Shown piece by piece: positions 17,982-22,939 of a stretch of DNA of 22,939 nucleotides. The notes below the pieces were generated by a model, which was not told the DNA's origin, searched no databases, and worked only from the letters and a program-made list of their open reading frames with translations. Within the stretch, counting starts at the first letter, position 1. Every line of letters begins with the position of its first letter. The position numbers and the translations under genes are program-made. Source of the DNA: Halodesulfurarchaeum sp. (GTDB lineage Archaea; Halobacteriota; Halobacteria; Halobacteriales; Halobacteriaceae); the NCBI GenBank assembly GCA_042216015.1, contig JBDGUI010000025.1, forward strand, positions 1-22,939, given 5' to 3'.

Positions 17982-18080
17982 GGGTGGTCATGGAGTCGCC
18001 GCTTCTCGACGGAAACCACACGAGAAACGCGTGTAGTCCTGCCCGCGAGTCTACTCACGTACTACCGCGACGACGCACAT
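17982..18080 (-). promoter_or_regulatory. Structured valS 5' leader with alternative helices (candidate attenuator)
   Basis: Complementary segments (+ coordinates): 18067-18074 with 17995-18002; hairpin 18044-18059; 18030-18038 with 18014-18022; 18021-18029 with 18000-18008. Confidence 0.6.
18051..18080 (-). CDS. Putative valine-rich leader peptide (uORF) of valS, MCVVAVVRE
   Basis: The minus strand reads ATG TGC GTC GTC GCG GTA GTA CGT GAG TAG. Four of the 8 non-initiator codons are Val. The ATG is about 27 nt downstream of a TTTAAAA box. Confidence 0.7.
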   Translation of the reverse strand: MCVVAVVRE

Positions 18081-18103
18081 ACTCGATTCACACGCGCCGT
18101 CGG

Positions 18104-18110
18104 TTTTAAA
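18104..18110 (-). promoter_or_regulatory. TATA box of the leader-valS transcript
   Basis: TTTAAAA on the minus strand in a very GC-rich context. No comparable box sits at the right distance from the valS ATG itself. Confidence 0.7.
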
Positions 18111-18196
18111 GATTGCCGTTGAATCGCCAGTCCCGTTCTGGCGTTTCTCGTGACGGGTCCGGGAGCTTAAGCACCGGGTCGCCCATCATCCCATGT

Positions 18197-19054
18197 ATGG
18201 CCGGTCGAATCCTCGTCACCGGGGCCACCGGGACCGTCGGATCGGCACTGGTGTCATCTCTCCCCGACGAACGGGACCGCCCCCGCGTCGCGTCCCGGAA
18301 TCCGGACCAGGCCGCAGCGTCATTCGAGTGCCCCGTGGAGGCCGTCGAGTTCTCCCTCGAGCGACCGGAGACGTGGGGAGCGACACTCGAGGGGGTCGAT
18401 AGCCTGTTTCTGCTCTGGCCACCCGGCACGCGCGTGGGGTCGGTTACCGAGTTCATCGCTGCAGCGGGGAGAACCGGAGTCGACCACGTCGTCTTCCTGT
18501 CGGTCCTCGGCGCCGAGAAGCTCCCGGTTCTTCCCCACCACCGCATCGAGCGGTCTCTCGGTTCCGCCGACCTGACGGACACTGTCCTCCGAGCGGCATA
18601 TTTCGCCCAGAACCTGACCGGCGTGCATCGCCCAGAGATCGTGGACCGGGATGAGATTTTCATCCCGGCCGGCTCGGGCCGGCTGGGAATCGTCGACGCG
18701 CGGGACGTCGGTGAAGTCGCCGCACGCATCCTTAAGGAGGGGTCCAATCGGAATCGAGCACACACCCTCACGGGACCTGTGGCCATCGATTTCTCTCGTG
18801 TCGCCCGGATCGCAAGTGACGTGCTCGACCGGGAGATTCGATATCCCGACCCCTCCATTCCCAGATTTGCCGCTCGCATGGTGAAACGGGACGTGGCGCC
18901 CGGACTTATCGCGTTCATGATCGGGGAATATACAGTCGCCCGGCTGGGGTTTGCCTCACGAACGACGGACGACGTCGAAGAAATCCTCGGGCGCAAACCC
19001 CGGTCAGTCCGGACCTTCTTCGCCGATCACCGCTCCCGATTCGAGTCGGGGTAA
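18197..19054 (+). CDS. NmrA-like atypical SDR / NAD(P)H-binding protein
   Basis: From ATG 18197: ILVTGATGTVGS, VFLSVLGAEK, HHRIE, LRAAYFAQNL, VDARDVGEVAA, HTLTGP. CTTAAG box at about 18166-18171. Confidence 0.85.
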   Translation: MAGRILVTGATGTVGSALVSSLPDERDRPRVASRNPDQAAASFECPVEAVEFSLERPETWGATLEGVDSLFLLWPPGTRVGSVTEFIAAAGRTGVDHVVFLSVLGAEKLPVLPHHRIERSLGSADLTDTVLRAAYFAQNLTGVHRPEIVDRDEIFIPAGSGRLGIVDARDVGEVAARILKEGSNRNRAHTLTGPVAIDFSRVARIASDVLDREIRYPDPSIPRFAARMVKRDVAPGLIAFMIGEYTVARLGFASRTTDDVEEILGRKPRSVRTFFADHRSRFESG

Positions 19055-19107
19055 TCGATGGCTCGTGGAACCGGAACCATAACGGTCGGGCCCCGAAACG
19101 TTCAGGT

Positions 19108-20001
19108 ATGCAACTGGGGGTCATCGGACTCGGACGCATGGGACAGATCGTCGTCGACCGGGTCCTCGAGGCCGGACACGAGGTCGTGGCCTTCGATATC
19201 GACCAGGGGGCAAGAGCCGACGCGGCGAGCGCCGGCGCGGAGGTCGTCGAATCGATCCAGGGGATCCCGAAGGTGCTCGATCCGCCCCGTCACATCTGGC
19301 TGATGGTCCCGGCGGGCGACCCGGTCGACGCCGCACTCGCCGAGCTCGATCCACTCCTCTCGGCCGAGGACGTCGTCGTGGACGGTGGGAATTCACACTT
19401 CGAGGATTCGGTCGAGCGGGCCGAGCGGATCGAGGCCCGGTACCTCGACTGTGGCACGAGCGGCGGACCGGCGGGGGCCGAGGTCGGTTTCTCGCTCATG
19501 GTCGGTGGCCCCGAGGAGGCCTACACCGAACTCGAACCGGTCTTCGACGCGGTCGCGACCGGACCCGAGGGCCACGAACTGATGGGCCCCGCCGGGGCCG
19601 GCCACTACGTCAAGATGGTCCACAACGGCATCGAGTACGCGCTCATGCAGGCCTACGGCGAGGGCTTCGAACTGCTCGCCGAGGGTCGCTACGACCTCGA
19701 TCTGGAGGCCATCGCCCGGACCTGGACCAACGGCGCGGTCGTCCGTTCGTGGCTCCTGGAACTCGCCGAGGAGTCCTTCCGGGAGGAGGGCTCTGATCTC
19801 GGGAACGTGGCCGATCACGTCGCCGGCGGCTCGACGGGCACCTGGACGGTCCAGGAGTCCCTCGAACAGGAGGTTCCACTCCCCCTCATCTACCAGGCGC
19901 TCGCCGAGCGGTTTTCCTCTCGTGCGGGGCCGCGGCTCTCCCGGCGGCTGGCCAACCGCCTCCGGTATGGCTTCGGCCGTCACGAGGTCAAACGGCAGTA
20001 G
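19108..20001 (+). CDS. gnd: 6-phosphogluconate dehydrogenase, short NAD+-dependent decarboxylating type
   Basis: GVIGLGRMG, WLMVPAG, VDGGNS, DCGTSGG, AGHYVKMVHNGIEY, RSWLLEL and LRYGFGRH. Confidence 0.93.
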   Translation: MQLGVIGLGRMGQIVVDRVLEAGHEVVAFDIDQGARADAASAGAEVVESIQGIPKVLDPPRHIWLMVPAGDPVDAALAELDPLLSAEDVVVDGGNSHFEDSVERAERIEARYLDCGTSGGPAGAEVGFSLMVGGPEEAYTELEPVFDAVATGPEGHELMGPAGAGHYVKMVHNGIEYALMQAYGEGFELLAEGRYDLDLEAIARTWTNGAVVRSWLLELAEESFREEGSDLGNVADHVAGGSTGTWTVQESLEQEVPLPLIYQALAERFSSRAGPRLSRRLANRLRYGFGRHEVKRQ

Positions 20002-20082
20002 GCCCGGCCCGTCGTCTCCCCGGTATCCGCCCGGCTTCGACGATCGGAACGCCCAAAGCGGTCTCCGTCGTTTTCTGTTTCA

Positions 20083-20778
20083 ATGCCACGACCAGGGAGC
20101 GAAGACGCCGGCACCGGGGGGCCGGTGGCGGACGGCGGCGAACCGGCCCTGACCGACCAGCCGATCGAGGCGAGTGCACCCGAGGACTTCGGGCTCGTGC
20201 AGGTCTGGTGGGGGGACGGCAAGGGCAAGACCACCGCCGCGATGGGCATGGGTCTCCGGGCGGTCGGCCACGGCTACCGGGTCCACCTCCTGCAGTTCAT
20301 GAAGGGCGGCACCCAGACCGTCGAGGACACCAGGGGCGAGTACAATGCGATTGCCGCGCTTCCCGGCTATTCCTACGAGAACCTCGGCCACTACGGCTGG
20401 CACCGTCAGGGTGTCGGCCCGGACGAGGACGAACACGCGGCGAAGGCCGAGGCCGGGGTCGAACGGGCCCGCGAGTTACTCGCTGCGTCGGGCGAAGCCG
20501 ATCTCACCGCCCCGCTCGATCCCGAGGGAGGGCCGGATGACGGCGTGCACATGCTCATTCTCGACGAGATCCTCTACGCCGCGAACCGGGGGCTCATCGA
20601 TCCCGAATCGGTGATCGATCTCGTCGAGGCGAAACCGGACGACCTCGAACTCGTGTTGACTGGGGGCCACGAGGCTCCCGCGTATCTCGAGGGCCACGTC
20701 GACCTGATCAGTCACGTCAGCCTCGAGGCTCATCCCTTCGAGGACGGAACCCGGGGACGGAAAGGCACCGAATATTGA
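20083..20778 (+). CDS. Cob(I)yrinic acid a,c-diamide adenosyltransferase (CobA/BtuR/CobO family)
   Basis: Short P-loop WGDGKGKTTAAMG, LQFMKG, ILDEI, ELVLTG and HPFEDG..GRKGTEY. Confidence 0.9.
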   Translation: MPRPGSEDAGTGGPVADGGEPALTDQPIEASAPEDFGLVQVWWGDGKGKTTAAMGMGLRAVGHGYRVHLLQFMKGGTQTVEDTRGEYNAIAALPGYSYENLGHYGWHRQGVGPDEDEHAAKAEAGVERARELLAASGEADLTAPLDPEGGPDDGVHMLILDEILYAANRGLIDPESVIDLVEAKPDDLELVLTGGHEAPAYLEGHVDLISHVSLEAHPFEDGTRGRKGTEY

Positions 20779-20794
20779 TCGGGCGAGGAGTCGA

Positions 20795-21154
20795 TCAGGC
20801 CAGAATGCCGCCGATCGCTCCGCCGATGGCGCTGTCGACGGCCAGGAAGAGCGCAAGCGAGACGGCCAGGACGAACACGCTTCCACCGGCCAGCGGCCCG
20901 AGGATTCCGAAGCCGATCGACCCAACGATCGTTACGACACCGGCCAGGAGGATGGAGACCAGGATCCCGCCGAGGGCCCCCGCCAGCAGTCCGTGCCACG
21001 CACCGCTCCACGTGCCTGAGGCCGCCAGGTAGCCGGCGACGAAACCGCCGAGTAGCCCGGCGGCGAGTTGGCCGAATCCCGGGACCAGCAACCCGACGAG
21101 GCCGACTATAACTTCGACGACGAACCCGATGCCGACCGCCTTCCAGTCCGTCAT
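20795..21154 (-). CDS. Small Gly-rich membrane protein, DUF5518-like
   Basis: From ATG 21154 (MTDWKAVGIGF). Motifs GGFVAGY, GAWHGLLAGALGG and AIGGAIGG. About 4 TM helices. Confidence 0.75.
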   Translation of the reverse strand: MTDWKAVGIGFVVEVIVGLVGLLVPGFGQLAAGLLGGFVAGYLAASGTWSGAWHGLLAGALGGILVSILLAGVVTIVGSIGFGILGPLAGGSVFVLAVSLALFLAVDSAIGGAIGGILA

Positions 21155-21281
21155 CGAATCACCCTGGGCTCGGTGCAGTTCGGCACACCAATCGAGTCCG
21201 CCAGCACACGCCAATACATAACCGGCTGGTTTGCGGGCGTGGACCATCAGCCCGTTAGTCGAATCGATCGCGGATGGCCAC

Positions 21282-21461
21282 TCACTGGCTGAGGTAGCCC
21301 CTATCGATCCCCAATGCCTCGTCGGTCACGAAGGAAGCCTCGTCGCTCAGGAGCCAGGCGACGACCTTCGCTCCCCGATCGGCGAGCGTCTCTGCGGGCT
21401 GTCGTCCGATTCCCGAACTGCCACCCGTAACCACGGCCACCTCGTCGGTGAGTGATACCAT
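21282..21461 (-). pseudogene. Classical SDR oxidoreductase remnant with large in-frame internal deletion (59 codons)
   Basis: Translates to MVSLTDEVAVVTGGSSGIGRQPAETLADRGAKVVAWLLSDEASFVTDEALGIDRGYLSQ*. The SDR N-terminus (TGxxxGIG) is joined directly to the SDR C-terminus (AWLLSDEASFVT...ID.GY). Confidence 0.85.
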
Positions 21462-21556
21462 ACCAACCGATAGGCGTGGGAAGCGCTAACCCCTGTTGGT
21501 CGCGGTGAGCTGGGGAAAACGAGGGGGTTCGACCGGAGACTGTTTCGTGGCGTCCC

Positions 21557-22327
21557 TTAGGCTTCGGCTTCGTAGGTCACGGTCACGTGGGTTCTGATAG
21601 AGACAGGCCCGGAGTCGATTTCGGTTCCGCTCGCAGCGACTGCGAGAGCGGTGGTCTCATAGCTGACGATCGGGCTCCCGCTACTCTGTGTGGTGATCTC
21701 GATCGGACCAGCGATGGTCATGTTGGCCTGGGTGGCGAGGGTGGACGCCTGGGAGTGGGCCTGCTCCATCGCCTCAACGAGGGCCTGGTTTCGAAGGTCG
21801 TTGCGGGTCTTCTCGGTGAGGGTGAAACGGACGTCCTGGACTTCCGTTGCTCCGGCTTGGACCGCCGTGTCGATGGTCTCTCCCACGCGGTCGAGGTCGG
21901 TTAGCTGGACCTCGATCGTCTGGCGGGCGTAGAAGACGGGTTCTGCAGCCCGCTCCTTCTCGCTCGGGAACGGCTCTCTGGAGCGCTCGCCGATGCGGTA
22001 GTCGGTGGTGCGAATGTTCTCATTGGAAAGCCCCATCGCGAGCAGTGCGTCTTTCACGCTCGAGACGTTCTCGGCTACGGCGCTACGGGCGGTGTTCGGA
22101 TCGTCCGCTGTCTGCTGGACGGCAAAGCGGAGGATGGCCTTGTCGGGCTCGGCGCTCTCGGAGCCGGTGGCGGAGACGGTGATGGTGCTGTTCGGTGCGG
22201 GCCGGTCGATTGGCTCTGTCTGCTGTGGCGATACATTCTCGGTGAACGCCATTGCGACACCGGCGGTGCCGGCCCCGGCGATCACGGCGACCGCGATCGC
22301 GACAGTGAGGATCGTTCCACGCTCCAT
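21557..22327 (-). CDS. SIMPL (DUF541) domain secreted protein
   Basis: N-terminal hydrophobic signal. TITVSATGSESAEPDKA, IRTTDYRI, VGETIDTAVQAGA, LRNQALVEAMEQAHSQASTLA and GPVSIRTHVTVTY. Confidence 0.88.
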   Translation of the reverse strand: MERGTILTVAIAVAVIAGAGTAGVAMAFTENVSPQQTEPIDRPAPNSTITVSATGSESAEPDKAILRFAVQQTADDPNTARSAVAENVSSVKDALLAMGLSNENIRTTDYRIGERSREPFPSEKERAAEPVFYARQTIEVQLTDLDRVGETIDTAVQAGATEVQDVRFTLTEKTRNDLRNQALVEAMEQAHSQASTLATQANMTIAGPIEITTQSSGSPIVSYETTALAVAASGTEIDSGPVSIRTHVTVTYEAEA

Positions 22328-22524
22328 ATCTCTCCCATGGCGAGGGAGGGAGGTATAAACGCCGAAGCGTCAAAGGGGCCTTTGGGCCTTCTCGAGTGTG
22401 TGAATCATCTGCTGGGCATGCAGCCTTCTTTGGACATGCTGACCGACGATCCCTTGACCGCCTCGGTCGCTTCTGGGGCTCACGGCTTCGCCGTTCGCCC
22501 ATTCGGCGGCCTTCGGCCGCCCGG

Positions 22525-22633
22525 CTCACGGGACTTCCGTCGGGTCCGCTCAGGTTCCTTCGGAACACTTTGCTCCCCCGACGTAGTCCCCCTCGGTCAC
22601 GTTCGTTCCCTCACGGGACTTCCGTCGGGTCCG
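22525..22633 (+). repeat. Perfect 24-bp direct repeat CTCACGGGACTTCCGTCGGGTCCG (22525-22548 and 22610-22633), resembling the tRNA-Arg 3' end
   Basis: Both copies read directly from the sequence. They match the tRNA's TCACGGG-(TTCAAATC)-CCGTCGGGTCCG with ACTT in place of the T-loop region. Confidence 0.85.
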
Positions 22634-22666
22634 TTTTGACGTATTATTGCGTGTCAGTCAGAACGG

Positions 22667-22671
22667 TTAAA
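22667..22671 (+). promoter_or_regulatory. Probable TATA box of the tRNA-Arg gene
   Basis: GAACGGTTAAA about 27-31 nt upstream of the mature tRNA 5' end. Confidence 0.5.
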
Positions 22672-22697
22672 CCAGTTCACGGTAGAACAATTGATGA

Positions 22698-22770
22698 GGG
22701 CCCGTAGCTCAGTGGACAGAGTCCTTGGTTCCGGACCAAGATGTCACGGGTTCAAATCCCGTCGGGTCCG
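22698..22770 (+). tRNA. tRNA-Arg(CCG)
   Basis: 73-nt cloverleaf: acceptor GGGCCCG/CGGGTCC, D-arm GCTC/GAGT, anticodon arm CTTGG-TTCCGGA-CCAAG, T-arm ACGGG-TTCAAAT-CCCGT. No intron and no encoded CCA. Confidence 0.96.
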
Positions 22771-22854
22771 CTTCTGCGACGATCGAAGGTGAGGAGCGAA
22801 GCGGACACGGGTTTTGAAGTACGGAAAACGCGAGCGGAGCGAGCGTTTTCAGGT

Positions 22855-22877
22855 GGTTCAAATCCCGTCGGGTCCGC
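22855..22877 (+). repeat. Exact 23-bp duplicate of the tRNA 3' end (GGTTCAAATCCCGTCGGGTCCGC)
   Basis: Identical to 22749-22771. An imperfect inverted copy lies between the two, at 22798-22818. Confidence 0.9.
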
Positions 22878-22939
22878 ATACTTCTAATCGCAAGCAAGCG
22901 GCGACTCGAACCCCTCTCGATGACGATATCGCTCAGAGT

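Noticed and set aside
17982..18110. T-box riboswitch upstream of valS
   Set aside because: No T-box consensus (UGGNACC bulge) or specifier stem, and the leader is too short. The uORF model fits better.
20002..20082. Cobalamin riboswitch ahead of the adenosyltransferase
   Set aside because: The gap is only 81 nt with no B12-box. The T-rich tract near 20070-20080 is more simply a gnd terminator.
22337..22897. Short ORFs around the tRNA (22337..22639, 22396..22707, 22083..22568, 22709..22897)
   Set aside because: They are translations of repeats, hairpins and the tRNA, with no protein-like features.

Overview
GC-rich haloarchaeal (Halobacteria) chromosomal window. The proteins are acidic, and TATA-like boxes about 27 nt ahead of start codons suggest mostly leaderless genes. 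The core backbone, in order: DUF5807-like protein, DHH/DHHA1 phosphoesterase, GNAT plus UspA, DUF5806-like protein, pyrC, an M23-like protein, a nicotinamidase-like hydrolase, a Hvo_1808-like surface lipoprotein, UspA, pncB, RNase P RNA, valS, gnd, a corrinoid adenosyltransferase, a SIMPL protein and tRNA-Arg(CCG). Probable accessory genes are a WtpA-type tungstate/molybdate ABC transporter, an atypical thioredoxin-reductase-like flavoprotein, an EamA transporter and an NmrA-like protein. The best finding is missing from the ORF track: a 9-aa valine-rich leader ORF (MCVVAVVRE) at the predicted transcription start of valS, inside a ~100-nt leader with mutually exclusive helices. It is a candidate ribosome-dependent, valine-sensing attenuator in an archaeon. 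Also notable: a 59-codon SDR remnant with an in-frame internal deletion, a non-coding 40-bp periodic palindromic array after rnpB, and extra direct and inverted copies of the tRNA 3' end mixed with GAA-triloop hairpins. Family names come from recalled motifs, not database searches.
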